Positions 1 to 15,330 of a stretch of DNA of 64,000 nucleotides are shown in pieces. Below the pieces are notes generated by a model. It was not told where the DNA came from and ran no database searches. It saw only the letters and a program-made list of their open reading frames with translations. The translations under genes were made by a program, and so were the position numbers. Position 1 is the first letter of the stretch. Each line of letters opens with the position of its first letter. This DNA comes from the human T2T-CHM13v2.0 reference genome, Homo sapiens, in NCBI RefSeq assembly GCF_009914755.1, contig NC_060930.1; one strand, written 5' to 3'.

Positions 1-694
1 AGGTAAAAGCTTATTCAGGAATCCCCAAAGTTGTACGACTGAATAAAAGACAACACCACATTATAGTACAAAAGACAAAAAAACAAGACAAAACTGGCCA
101 CACCCATTTTATGCAAAGTAGGAGAATCAATTTCCCAAGTTATTTGGCATAGAGAAAAATTCATTTCTAGCAACTTGGATTTGATTCTCCTATAAGAATT
201 TGATTTGTATGCACCTAGATAAAATAAATATAACCAACAAAATCTATCAGGTCAGTCCTGACAATCTCCTAAATTTTATATCTGCTATTAACTCATTAAC
301 TGACTTGCAGAGAGGTCTGATTATTGAAACTGGAAAATATACTCCAGTTTTATTCACAGACTTTATGCACTAAAAGGCATCTCCTCCCCGAAGAGCACCT
401 TGAGTTGAAGAGAAAAATGTTTGCTAAATTTTTCCGAGGTAGAACAAAATATTTTTAAATGGCAGCTTTAAAACCTAAGAAGAATTTCATTGAAACTTCC
501 GAAGGCCACTATTTTTTATTAAAAATGATAGAATTCTTAGCTTCTTTCCTTGTCACCACACCCTTAAAATGAGCTATCTCTGATAGCTGGATTTCATTAA
601 TCCACATTCTGTTCATTTTGAAGAGGCTAGCCTCAGTATTTGGTTCCAAGGTATAAAAAAGACACTTAAAATGTGAGTAATCATCCCTGTACAG

Positions 695-1266
695 CAGAGG
701 TCCCCAACCCCTGGACCACAGACCAATACTGGCCTGTGAGCCAAGCAGGCGAAGTTTCATCTGAATTTACAGCCACTCCCCATCACTTACATTACTGCCC
801 AAGCTCTGCCTCCTGTGAGATAAGCAGCAGCATTAGATTCTCGTAAGAGCCTGAACCCTATTGTGAACTGTGCATGCCAGGGATCTAGGTTGCGCACTCC
901 TTATGAGAATCTAATACCTGATTATCTGTCATTGTCTCCCATCACCCCCAGATGGGACTGTCTAGTTGTAGGAAAACAGGCTTAGAGCTCCCACTGATTC
1001 TACATTATGGTGAGTTGTATAATTATTTCATTATGCATTACAATGTAACAATATTAGGTTGATGCAAAAGTAATTGGGGTTTTTGTCGTTAAAAGGAATG
1101 GCAAAAATTGCAATTACTTTTGCACCAACCTACAATAGAAATAATGTGCACAATAAATGTAATGTGTACGAATCATCCCCAAACCATCCCCCTACCATCC
1201 TGGTCTGTGGAAAAACTGTCTTCCACAAAAACCGGTCCCTTGTGCCGAAAAGGTTGGGGACTGCTG
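695..1266 (+). mobile_element. MER1A-type hAT-Charlie MITE, interrupted by MADE1
   Basis: Termini CAGAGGTCCCCAACCCC and GGTTGGGGACTGCTG; perfect 8-bp TSD CTGTACAG at 687-694 and 1267-1274; body resembles recalled MER1A consensus. Confidence 0.9.
1054..1132. mobile_element. MADE1 (Hsmar1-derived MITE), palindromic
   Basis: TTAGGTTGATGCAAAAGTAATTG...CAATTACTTTTGCACCAACCTA, about 80 bp of inverted repeat following a TA. Confidence 0.92.
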
Positions 1267-1286
1267 CTGTACAGTGTATGTGTGTA

Positions 1287-1610
1287 CAGTGATCCCTACG
1301 TATCCATAGGGGATTGGTTCCAGGACCCCCCACAACAACCTGCAGATAACAACATCCATGGTGCTCGCTACACCCTTAAAATGGTGTAGTGTTTGCATAT
1401 AACCTGCACATATCCTCCCATATAAGACATCTTGAGATTACTTATAATACCTAACACAATGTAAATGCTATGTAAATAGTTGTTACACTGTATTTTTAAA
1501 TTTGTATTTTTTTATTGTTGTGTTTTTATTTTTTTTAACCCCTGAATATTTTCCATCTGTGGTTGGCTTAATCCTCTGATGAGGAAACTATGGATACAGA
1601 AGGCTGACTG
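1287..1610 (+). mobile_element. MER2 (Tigger-derived MITE)
   Basis: TA|CAGTGATCCC...GGGGATTGGTTCCAGGACCCC...GGCTGACTG|TA with TA TSD. Confidence 0.85.
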
Positions 1611-3802
1611 TATTACCTTGTGTGGCAGGGGGTAGGGAAGGAGTTAAATATAGCTACTCAAGAAATCAGTATTCTAGAAACGTTGTAAAGTAATTGTAAG
1701 AAAGCTGTGAAAGGTAGTTAAGCACCTGAATTTACCAATGTTAAAAGACCTTAAAAAAAAAAAAACTTGTACTCTTTTAAAAACATCATATTGTGAATAT
1801 TAAAACACTGTCATCCTCTGAATCAATTCATACTATAATGAGAAATATTTATGAATGTTAAAGTGAGGAAAGCTTATAATTATCAGCCTAGGGTAGCCTA
1901 GGGTATAGGAAGAAAGCACAATGTTTCTTGATGATCTGAATAAAAATGCTTATTTTTTTATTTTAAAATAACAAAAATACAATAATTTATAACCAAAATA
2001 CTTTTGTTTAAATTTTGATAATGATATCTAAAATATATAAACTTGCTTTAGTTTAATAAGATAAACACACATTTTTCAGTGAAAGCAGCAAAATTATACT
2101 TTGGATATGAGTTCATCTCTTTATTAAGACCCCAAGCATATTCTTCAATTTTGCTTCCTAATTACTTACAATATCAAGTTTTAGAAACTAGCAAATATAA
2201 GGCATTGCTTTAAAGTATGAGACCTCTAAAAATCAATGCCTAAATGATGACTGTAGATTTAAATTGACATGGAAAGACAGTCATAATATTTTGATAAGTT
2301 TTAAAAAAATAAAGAACGGCACGTATAACTTCACTTAGCTTATGCAAACTTAAATTTTCTAGCCATATCCTTCTGTGTAAATGTACATAAAGAGGTGCAA
2401 GCAAAGAAGAGTGCCAAAATACTAGCAGTAGTTGTCAGTGTAGGCTATGAGTATAAAAATTCTGCTTGCCTTCTTCAATTTTTTCTTGTATTGTTTCAAA
2501 TAGCTTACAAGAAATATATACTATTTTGGTGATATATACAAAGTAGAGCTACTTTTGTTTTGAAAATATGTGAAATGAAATGTCTTTGAATGCTTTAAAA
2601 TATGGATTAACATTACTTTTATATGAGAAACTGATCAAGTCATCTTAACAAGTAAACTCAATTGTTATTTAAATTAAGATAATTTTTAAAAAACTAACCT
2701 AAAAAGCAGTCTTTTCCATGAAGAAAGGTACCTATGGCACTAAATTTGGAATTTAAGATTTTTGTCATTAGCGTCAGTCAAGTTGCTATAGATATTAAAA
2801 AATGTATTACCTATAAATTGACAAATTTAGAGGTTGCTATTAATAGAATTCTTTTCTTAGGTAACAAAGAATACAAAATAAGTAACACAAATGACTGACT
2901 ACTTGAGGTGATCTGAGTAGGTATAATATCTATTATCAAGAGAAGATTATTAAGAGATTAAGAGATGTTAATAGAACCAGGAAAAAATGTTTTTTAAGTG
3001 CCAGGAAAAAAGCTCACATCCAAGAAATGTAAGGCAAATTTATTTCAGGTAATTTTCATTAACCAGGAACAAGGTAAAAAAGCCCATGCTATTTGCCTTA
3101 GCACTTGGCAGAAACAAACCGGGGAATGTGGCTTCTTTGGAGATCGGTGTCCAACCAAACACTCAACCTAACATCCATTCATATTTTTTATTATGTTCAA
3201 TAAAATCATAAAATCATAGCACCATAATAGCCTGGTGCTATGGTCCCATTAGGTCTTGCAACTTAATCAGAGCCAGCTTAAGTCTAATCAGATGAAACAG
3301 CTGTTTTAACAGTTGGGTTTTTCCAAAATTAAAATATTCTATTCCTGACAGTGGCTAGCAACTCAACTGTTAAAACAGCTGCTCATGCTGAAGAGTTGAA
3401 AACCAAGTGTACATACAATTTTCCCTCCATTTACAACTGCTCCGAGATTCTTTCAGAATAGAAGTTTCTAAACTTCATACTGACATCTCCCAACCTGTTT
3501 AAGTTTTTACACTTGTATTGCCTCTACCTCTGACCTTCAGCCAATATTTCTGCCACCGTCACCTTCTTGGTGTTTGCTCTTTGTCTCCATCATACTCTAA
3601 ACTATAATTGCCAGCTGGTGGTTTTGTACTTCCCCGCTTAGAAACATCATCTGTGTGCTTTACACTTACTCCTCTATTGTCTTGGAAGCATTTCCACTTC
3701 TTCTGAAACAGGCAGTAACTCAGAGTCTCCAGGTTCTTCTAAGTGAAATATTATTTCTAATGACTTACACTAGTACTACTGAGGTTACAGAAGGTAAAGG
3801 TA

Positions 3803-4134
<332 letters not shown>

Positions 4135-4554
4135 TTAAAAATAATCCAAAAATGCTCTCTGGCACAGAATTTTCACTTTTGATCACTTTATAAATGTCTT
4201 CAAAATCTTGCATTTTTTCACCATGATCTCTATCAGATATGCCTATTTGTCTAATTTTTCTGTATTACTCTATAGCATACAAACCTATTAATCAACAATT
4301 ATATTACCAATAATGATTATTTAGCTCTAACTGTATATCCATCTCTCTACCCAACCTTTCTATCCATCCTTTCACCCATCTATCCACCTACATTCTCAGC
4401 TTAAAATCCTTGCCAACTGTACTGGATACAACAAAACTAAATTGACCCTGATAAGCTCTTAATGAGTACAAAAGATCTTGATCCTGATTTTATAACACTT
4501 GCTTTATTCTCTCATAATGTTCTTACTCCTCACAAATGTACTGCATTACAAATC

Positions 4555-4828
<274 letters not shown>

Positions 4829-6219
4829 ATCTTAGCTCCCAGGATCTGTCTAAAAATAGATTTACTATAGGACCCAGACTCATCAAACCTGAACATACCT
4901 ACAAAAAAGCTGAACATATTTCAAGATTACAAAACTTTTCCTGTAGCAGCTCCAGCTCTTCCGCTGGGTTATGTATGGAGAGATTCTGGCACACTAATCT
5001 CAGAAACAACCTCTCTCTCATGCCCCACATCTCGGTGGGAAAGGGCATAAGCCAAAGATACATCAACAAGTGCAGATACCACAAATGAAAAGGTGCTCCC
5101 AGATCTTGTACCAGGCAACACAGTCCTGGGGCAAGTTGACGCTAATGGAGACACTGGAGTGCTCAGTGAAACAGTTTGATTCTAGGGCTGGAAGTCATCT
5201 TAATAAGTCATGTCAAAGCCTAAATTATAAGCATGGTAGAGCTAAATTTTCCTAATTAAAGGGGAGACTTTGAAATACTGGCTTTGCTGTCACTATTCTA
5301 TTATCATAATGTCAGGGGAGAGAGACCCCAAAGTTTCCTGACTTTATTTTCAAGTCAGTCTAGAGAACAATGTTTGTTCTTCCAGCTTACAGTATTGTTA
5401 GGATCAGTTTTGCTTTACAGGGCTAAACATAGAAAAGTTTTCATTTTTAATAAGAGCTTGATAAATAACCTTAAATCCCAAAGGGCCTTGTTAAAGCAGC
5501 CTCATAAAAGTTTTACACTTGCATATGAGTTTGAAACAAAAAAAATGTCTACCTAGCAGTTTGAGCTCCTGCTGACTTCTCTAGCCTTGGGGAAGTTATT
5601 GTTAAAATTCATATGTCTCAGTATTTCAAATGATTTAAATCAGTCTATTATGATAAATCACCATGAAGTACACCAAATGAAAGACACTGTTCAAACAAAA
5701 ATCTCAATTTTAAATATACAAAATACACACAACGCACCCATCCGTATGTTTAAACAGCATTAAGGTTCTGATACATTACTCATGTAACCACATTTTATCC
5801 TCAGAGCCTAGGATGCAAAAACATATTTTGTACTAGGTGATCTATTTTCCCTTTCTTTTTTTAGGAGGTCATTTCGACCCATTTTGATTCTACTCTGAAG
5901 AATGAAAGTCTATGCAGGAAAGTTCCAACAAAATTGGAAACTAAATCAGTTGGAATAACATAACATACATAGTGGGTAATGTTAACATTTTATCTCCTCC
6001 CTTATAAGACCTGGGAAAATCAAAACTGAAACAGTATATTCAAAACGTTAGGCAATGATTGCTAGCAGAACAGAATCTTATGTTCAACAATGGAATACTA
6101 GAGAGGGTTTTTTAAAAGAGCCCCAGTACCTAGCACATCATCTTGCAATATGGTAAGTGCTTAATACATACTTGCTAAATGATTTTTTTTAAATCATCAT
6201 ATAGATAATCCTTTGCAAT

Positions 6220-6570
6220 GTTTATACCATTACAGGACTATTATCATTAGTGCTTCTCTGAACTTTGGGCCAGTAACCAGGAATCGCAACCCAACTCTGA
6301 AATTGTGTTAATTTTCTATGATAGAACCTTGGAGTAGACATTAACCTGAGAGAAATTTTGCTCCTCTGCAACATTCCTAACATGTGGCTCTCTGGTCTTC
6401 GTTTGAAAAACTCCAATAACAGGGAAACTCACTGCCAGGAAGTTCTTTGAACTGAGTGAAATCTGCTCTTCAGAACCTGAGCCCTTCAGAAAATATCCAA
6501 CAACATTTAACACTTTCTTCTGATTTTTCTCTAAGCTAAACATTCCCCAAGTTTCTTCCAATACTGATTT
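6220..6570 (-). mobile_element. CR1/L3 LINE fossil (ORF2 C-terminus)
   Basis: ORF 6316-6561 reads EETWGMFSLEK...GYFLKG, resembling the CR1 ORF2 end motif LKELGLFSLEKRRL...YKYLKG; boundaries approximate. Confidence 0.55.
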
Positions 6571-6574
6571 CTTA

Positions 6575-7915
6575 TTTATTTTTATTTGTATAAATTTATG
6601 GGGTAAGATGTAATTTTGTTACATGGGCATATTACATAGTGGTGAAGTCTAGGTTTTTAGTGTATTCATCACCAAAATAATGTACACTGTACAAATCAAG
6701 TAATTTCTCATTACCCCCCTCACACCTTTCCAACTCTCCAACATCTATCATTCCACACTCTATGTCCATGTACACACATTATTTAGCTCCCACTTGTAAG
6801 TAAGAACATGCAGTATATGACTTCCTGTTTCTCAGTTGTCTCACTCAAGATAACGGCCCCCAGTTGTATCCATATTGCTGCAAAAGACATGATTTCATTC
6901 TTTTTCATGGCCAAAGAGCATTCCTTTCTTTATATATACCACATTTTCTTTATCCAGCCATCCACTGATGGACATTTAGGTTGATTATATATCTTTGCTA
7001 TTGTGAGTAGTGCTGGAATAAACAAATAAATGAATGCATCTTTTTGATAATAATGATTTATTTTCCTTTAGGTAAATACCCAGTAGTGGGATTGCTAGAT
7101 TGAATGGTAGTTCTATATTTGAGAATTCTCCATATTGTTTTCCATAGAAGTTGTACCAATTTACATTCCTGCCAACATTGTGCAAGTGTTCCCTTTGCTC
7201 TGGATCCTCACAAACATCTGTTCTTTTTTTTGACGTTTTAATAGTCATTCTGACTGGTGTAAGATGATATCCCATTGTGGCTTTAATTTGCATTTTCCTG
7301 ATGATTAGTGATGTTAAGTATTTTCTCATGCTTGTTGAACATTGGTATGTCTTTTGAAAAATGTCTACTCATGTCCTTTGCCCACTTTTTAATGGAGTTA
7401 TTTGGGGTTTTTTGTTGCATTGAGTTTCTTGTAAATTCTGGATATTAGTCCTCTGTCAGTTGTATATTTTACAGATATTTTCTCCCCTTCTTCATGTTAT
7501 CTGTTCACTAAGTTATTTCTTTTCCTGTACACAAGCTTTTTAGTTTAATTAAGTCCTATTTGCCTATTTTTGTTTTTGTTTCTTCTGCTTTTGAGGGCTT
7601 AGTCATGAATTCTTTGCCTAGGCCAATGTCCAGAAGACTTTTTCCTAAGTTTTCTTCTCATATTTTTATAGTTTTAGGTCTTACATTTAAGTCTTTAATC
7701 TGTCTTGATTTCTATATGGTAAGAGAGGGTTTCATTCTTTGCATATGGATTTCCAATTTTCCCAGCACCATTTATCGAAAAGGGTGTCCTTTCCTCAGTG
7801 TATATTTTTGTCATCTTTGTCAAAAATCAGTTGACTATAATTATGTGACTTTTTATCTAGATTCTCTATTCTCTTCCATTGGTCTATGTGTCTATTTTTA
7901 TACCAGTACCATGTT
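6575..7915 (-). mobile_element. L1 (L1MA-type) 3' fragment
   Basis: ORF 6985-7329 (MQIKATMGYHLTPVRM...IELPFNLAIPLLGIY) is L1 ORF2 C-terminal sequence; L1MA-type 3' UTR at the left end. Confidence 0.9.
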
Positions 7916-9964
7916 CCCACAGTGATTTCATATCATATGGATGAGTTTCCTTACTATTCCTGTTGTTTTTAATCAACGTAGTGATCATTTATTAAAATAA
8001 TCCTACCATGATCTTCTTCAGTGACAAATGAAAATTTGCATAGTACCTTATATGTTATCCAATTCTTTCACATAATTGTAAAATAGGGTTTCATTTTAAA
8101 AACAAGGAAACTGAAGTTCAGGAGGTTAAATGAACATGCACGTTTCTCCCAGAAGAGCCAGAACTTCAAGTGTTTTCTATCACACCTTTGAGGCTGTCTT
8201 TTTAGCTGTAAAACGGGGGTAATAATATTTGCCCTTTAAGCTTCAAAGCTTTCTTGTGAATATCAAAGAATGTATGAACACAGCATACAGGATAGGTTTT
8301 TATTACCAAGATCATTCATATGCAGAAAATTTCTGCTCTCTTAAGAATATAATTTATGAATGGGAGCAGTCCAAGTCACAGGTGTTAAAAATGTTACTGT
8401 TTTTTACCTCCAGAATGCAAAGCATATGGCAACTAAATGATCCAGTGGTATAACAAGACCAATGCCTCCTATAAAGTAGTAGGCAAGTCACTCATCTTTT
8501 GGAGTCCTGTCAATGAAGGAAGCATTTTCCTAAAAAAAAAAAATTTAAATTTATGCCTGTACTGAACTCCTAGTACTCTGTCATCTTTTAATTCCATTAT
8601 GTTATACATTAATAGATTTCTGTAAACTGGCCTGAGAACCTACTTGACGTTTACAACATAATTTCTCTGACAGAACATTCTTCTAGTTCTAAAGAATTGC
8701 CTTAGAAAAAAGCTTTTGGAATACAACCATTAAGTTGAGAAGAACCTTAAAAAAAAATCTGTTGCTAAAGCATGGTAGGATATTTAAAAATTATTCTCAT
8801 TTTTCAAAGGGCACAAAGTAGTAATGTATATACATCTAGTTGAAGAATGGAGAGCTGATTTCCAATTCAAGTACATCTTACCAACTGCAGCTGCAGGAAT
8901 GTCATATTAAAATTAGGACTTGTTTCATTGGTGATTGTTTTCAAGAAAGATGAGGTAATAAGCAAATAGGCAGAGACCTATAATAAACTGCCCCTGTTTC
9001 TCATGAAAATCATTTAACCTAAATTTTTAAAAAAAGTTTTATCAAAAATTTCAAACATATACAAAAGTATAAATCACAGAGTAATAAACAACTGTCCTCA
9101 TCACCCAGCTTCATCAACAATCAATTCACGGCTAACTTGTTTCAGCTATATTCCCACCCAATACTCTCAACCCCTGGATCTTTTTGAAGCAAATTCCACA
9201 AATACTATCATATCATCTATTATACATAATACTTCAACATGTACTCTAAGACAGAGTTATTTTAAAATATCATATCCGTATCAAAAAAATTAACAATAAC
9301 TTTGGTCTCATCAAATGTTCACATGTCCTCAACATTTTAACTTTCTAAATTTTCTTTGAGATCCAAATAAGGTCCACATATTATTAATTGGTTGGTAAAG
9401 CCTATGTTTCTTTTAATCTGTAGGTTCTCCTTCCTTCTATCTTTTCTCCTCCTGCTAATATTTTGCTGAAGAAACCAAGTTGATTGACCTATAATTTCCC
9501 AATCTGGATTTTGCCAGTTGCAACATTATAGCATACTTTAACATATCCCTGTCCCCCGAATTTCCTAAAAACTGGTAGTTGTATCTAGAAGCTTGATCGG
9601 GTTTGCTGTTTTGAAGACTACTTTATAGGTGGGGTTATACACTTCTGTCAGGAGGTACGGAATCACCACCCCACCCCATCTTTCCTTTTGTGATGTTAGT
9701 ATCCAAAGATGATCATCAACAAGTTCCATTACTTCATGATGGTTCAGAAAATGGTGTTAGCCCAATTCTACGCTGTTTTCATTTGTTCACTGGAATCTGC
9801 CTATGAAAAAACTTCCCCTAATCACATATTTGGTTACTCTGAGGCACAGCTCACAGAGGAAAAGCTAGATAAATGTTTGATTTTCTCCCCGTTTATCTTC
9901 CACTTTTCAAAGCTATGATGGTTCATAGCATTTTCCAAATGTACTGACCAATGAAATTTCTCTC

Positions 9965-10121
9965 TTTTTTTCTTTTTAAACAGGGTCTCACTCTGTTACC
10001 CAGGATCATGCAGTGGCATGATCATAGCTCACTGCAGCCTCAAACTCCTGGGCTCAAGTGATCCTCCTGCCTCAGCCTCCCAAAGTGCTGGGATTACAGG
10101 CATGAGCCATCATACCTGGCT
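9965..10121 (-). mobile_element. Alu monomer-length element (AluJ/FLAM-like)
   Basis: CAGGGTCTCACTCTG...GGGCTCAAGTGATCCTCC...CAAAGTGCTGGGATTACAGG. Confidence 0.85.
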
Positions 10122-11789
10122 GAAAGTTTTTTTTTTTTTTTTTATCTTTTTTGGTATCATTATGAACTCACAGATGTAAATATATATGTTGTTTTGTCCT
10201 TATTGTTATCCTTATTGATGCTCAAATTTACCCATTTTTTGGCCAGTGAAGCCTATTCAAGTTGTCTCCTGAGTCCTTTTTGACATGACCCTAATAATGT
10301 TTGATAACTTCTTTTCTATTAAAACAGGATAGGATATTACAAGCTCTTGTAATACTACATGCTACATCCTGAGATCTACCCACTTCTGGTTGGATCCCTG
10401 GTTGTTTTTAGTAGGGAATGGTATTTACAGACAAAATAATCTAGGCCCTAGGAATGCACTGCCACTGGGTTAGTCAATACTTTTAGGCTTTTTCAGGGAA
10501 TAGAGCTAAAAAGTAGTAATTTTTTTTTTAAATGTTAAATTATGTGCTCATTTTAATATTTCTATTCCAAATCCAGGACTAAACAGTTTTATTTAATCTC
10601 ATCAATCTTGCATCTGTAGTATTTTCTCTCTCTCACGTCAAAAACCCAGTTCTCATGACACCAACATAATTGCTCATTTGACTTATCCTAAAATCCACAT
10701 ACAACAGTCTCAGTTTATTACTACCACACTGTCACCAGTAATATGATTATGAAAAAAGTTTTAAGATGTTTTTGTAGTTTCTTTTGTCATTAGGATATAT
10801 ACTAAGAGAGATATACAGTCCAATGACTGTGTTTTAAAGTCTCTTGGAGCACTTCTTTGTGTGTTTATGACACCAATTCTACATGCACTTAAGTTCATTT
10901 TTTTTCCATTTCCTTTGGATTTTTAGAGATGGTTTAAATCATATTTTGCCTTATAACTATGTAAAATATATACTTGTTCCCAAGTCAAATCTATGAAATC
11001 AGATATATTTTTAAAAGCCTAACTTGTATCCTTGTTCTGTTCACTGTCTTTTCTTCCTTCCTTTATAAATAACTTTATTTAAATCTTAGTTTAGCCTTTG
11101 ATTTTTAAAATATAAGCAAATATATTCATATTCTTATCATTCTTCAATAAACAATAGCACACTATACACTTTCTTCTTCACCAGAGTAGTATATACTGAT
11201 ATTCATTATTAATTTTATAGTTGTATGGTTAATTGCAAGAATATAATTTATTCGGTCAGCACCCTATTGATGAACATTTGGGTTGTTTGATTCATTCATT
11301 CACTCATTCATTCATTTTACAAATAGTGCTCAAATTAATAGTCGTATGCATGTGTCCTTTAATTTCCATCAATGTGTCCCTGAAATAATTCCTAGAAATG
11401 GAATTGCTCCATCAAAAAAGTAAATGCACATGTAATTTTTGCCAAATTTCCCTCCATAAAGATTGTACCATTTTGTATATCTACCAAAGTATGAGATTTC
11501 CCATTTTTCACAGCTTCACCAAAAAAATATGTTGTCAAACTTTTGGATTTCTGCCAATCTAATAAAGCCTAGGAGAGTTTCATTTACATTTCTTTATTAG
11601 GAGTGAGGGTGGGTATCTTTTTATATGTTTAAGAGTTCTTTTCATTTCTTTTCTGATGAAGTATCTGTGAATATTTCTACTCCATTTTTCTATGGGGTTG
11701 TTAGCCTTTTTCTTCTTTATTTGTAGATTTTTATAAGCTGGGGATATTAGCCTTGGTTTAAATTATAAAGAGTTTTTCATTGTTGTTAT

Positions 11790-12633
<844 letters not shown>

Positions 12634-13163
12634 ATGTGGTTTTCTTTTTAAACCTCTGATCTATTTGAAATGGATCCCCGTGTAACATGTAAAGATTAAA
12701 TTTTATTTTTTTCTTTGCATTTATCTCAGCACCCCAACGCTAATTATTATAAATTCTACATTTCCTCACTGTTTGAGAGGCCACCTTTCCTATGTATTAT
12801 GTTTATATATGAAATCAGGTCTATTTCTGTTGTGTTCCAATGGTTTGTCTATTCATGGGTCAGAATCACACTATTTGAATTATAGTATCTTAATAATACA
12901 TTTTAATATTAATATCTGATAGGGCTAGTCCTTGCCCTGATTTCTTTTATTTTCAAGGGTTTTCCTAACTATTGTTTCCAAACAAACTTTATAATCAACT
13001 TGTCTAGCTGAAAAAACAAAACAAAATTTGATGGCATTTTTATTGGGCTTTAGTTTATTGAGTTTGTGTATTAACTTAGGTATAACTGACATTTTAATGA
13101 TAGTTACCGTCTTATCCAATAATATGGTATATACTTCCATTTGCTTAAGAATACTTCTGTAAT

Positions 13164-13495
<332 letters not shown>

Positions 13496-13599
13496 TTATA
13501 ATTTTCCTCATACATGTTTTTTACACCTCTAGTTAAGTTTCAGCATTTTAATTTCTGTGTTATTGTACATGGGGTCTTCCATATGTTCTAGGTGACTTG

Positions 13600-13870
13600 A
13601 AAAAAATATATACATATATATTTTACACATATGTATGGATTATACATATATCTTTTATACATATGCGTGATTATACATATATTTATATTTTATATATATA
13701 TCCATTATACATATATATGTATACATGTATTATACATATATATTCTTTATTTGTAGATTTTTATATATTGGAGTTATTAGCCTTGATCTCTGGTTTGAAT
13801 TACAAAGTTTTTCATAGGTGTTATTTTTATTTTATATATAATAAATTAATTATATTATACATATGTATAA
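13600..13870. repeat. (TA)n-rich low-complexity region
   Basis: Degenerate TATA/TACA repeats. Confidence 0.8.
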
Positions 13871-13889
13871 TAGCTTTCAAAAAGCCTGC

Positions 13890-14283
13890 CCGCCTTTCCT
13901 TCCCTTCCTCCCTTCCTCTCTTCCTTCCTTCACAAGACAGAGTCTTGATCCGTCGCCCAGGCTGGAGTCCAGTGGCATGATCAAGGCTTGCTGCAGCCTT
14001 GACCACCTGGGCTCAAGCTATCCTCCTCCCTCAGCCTCCTGAGTAGCTGGGACTACAGGTGCTACAGATGTAGCCAGGTGGGACTATGCCACCACACCTG
14101 GCTAATTAAAAAAAATTTGCATAGAGTGGGTCTTGCTATGTTTTCTTTCTTTTTTTATTGTTATTTTGAGACAAGAGTCTCACTATGTTGCCCAGGCTGG
14201 TCTTGAACTCCTGGCCTCAAGTAATCCTTCCACCTCAGCTACTTGAAGTGCTGGGATTAAAGGAATGAGCCTCCACGCCTCAC
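13890..14283 (-). mobile_element. AluJ composite (dimer plus an extra T-tract and left-arm piece)
   Basis: (TTCC)n tail, AluJ right arm, second T-rich tract at about 14140-14168, then a left monomer. Confidence 0.8.
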
Positions 14284-14474
14284 CTATAACTTGCTAATTT
14301 AATAAGTTATTTTGTTTGTAGTAGTTTTCTCATGGATGCTTTTGGATTTTCTTGATACATAACTATATTATCCCAAAAAAAGATGGTTTTACTTATTTTC
14401 CAATTCCTGTGCCTCTAATTGCTTTCTATTTCCATTAGCTACTATCTCCAACACAATGTTAAAGATAAAAAATT

Positions 14475-15330
14475 AAAGCCAATGCTCAACTATACTAGTA
14501 ATTAGGAAAATATTTCTTGTAGCAATAAAACATCGAATTGGCAAAATTAGGAAGTGCTGACCATGATGTGAAGCAATGGGAATGCTTATGATGCTAGTGT
14601 GGGTGTAAATTCATATAGCGACTTTGGAAAGCTGTTTGGAATTACCTAATAATACTGAAGATGTACTCTAAGGTCCAATCATTCCATCTCTTATGTAAAG
14701 AACAGAAAAGCTCACACATGTTCAAAAGAGATATGAACAAGAATGCTCACTGCTGTATTATTTTTAATGTAAAAACTGAAAACAATTTAAATGTCCACAG
14801 AAAGAATAACAGATATATAAGTTGTAGTATATCCTGACAAAAGAATATCTTACAGCAATTAAAACGAATGAATAAATGACATGTGTCAACATGGAGAAGT
14901 CTTAAAAACACAGTCAGAAGTGAAAAAAGCAAGTTGCAAAAAATACAATGTGATACCATTTATATGTTGTTTAAAAACATGCAAGTTAATAGTATGTAAT
15001 TTTAATATTTATAAATAGTAAAAATACAACAGTACTCATATTTAGTAAAAGTATGTATGACAGTCAATAGTCTCTAGTCTTCCTAGTTATGCAACTAAGA
15101 AGTTTTCACAAATTCTTTTTGTTTGGCAATGATACATTCCATATTTCAGACACGTTTCTTCTGGGGAAGGATAAAAGAGAATGAACTTAGAGGAAGCTTC
15201 GACTGTGTTAATGCTTTATTTTTAAAACTCTATCTACCTACCTACCTACCTATCAAGTTTTATTAAAAATGGGAGTAAGAAAATTGATTTTTATTACATT
15301 GTTCTGGAACTTTTCTGTAAATTCAAGACA
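14475..15330 (+). mobile_element. L1ME-type 3' fragment
   Basis: Degenerate L1 ORF2 end and 3' UTR (TTGGCAAAATT, GTGTAAATT...CTTTGGAAAGC, AAGCAAGTTGCAAA). Confidence 0.65.

Noticed and set aside
509-760. 83-aa minus-strand ORF as a possible UBE3D terminal exon
   Set aside because: It starts inside MER1A, does not match the UBE3D C-terminus as I recall it, and has no strong acceptor.
4899-5154. Short minus-strand ORFs ending at a TAG|GTATGT donor-like site
   Set aside because: There is no clear acceptor, all frames contain stops, and I recognise no homology.
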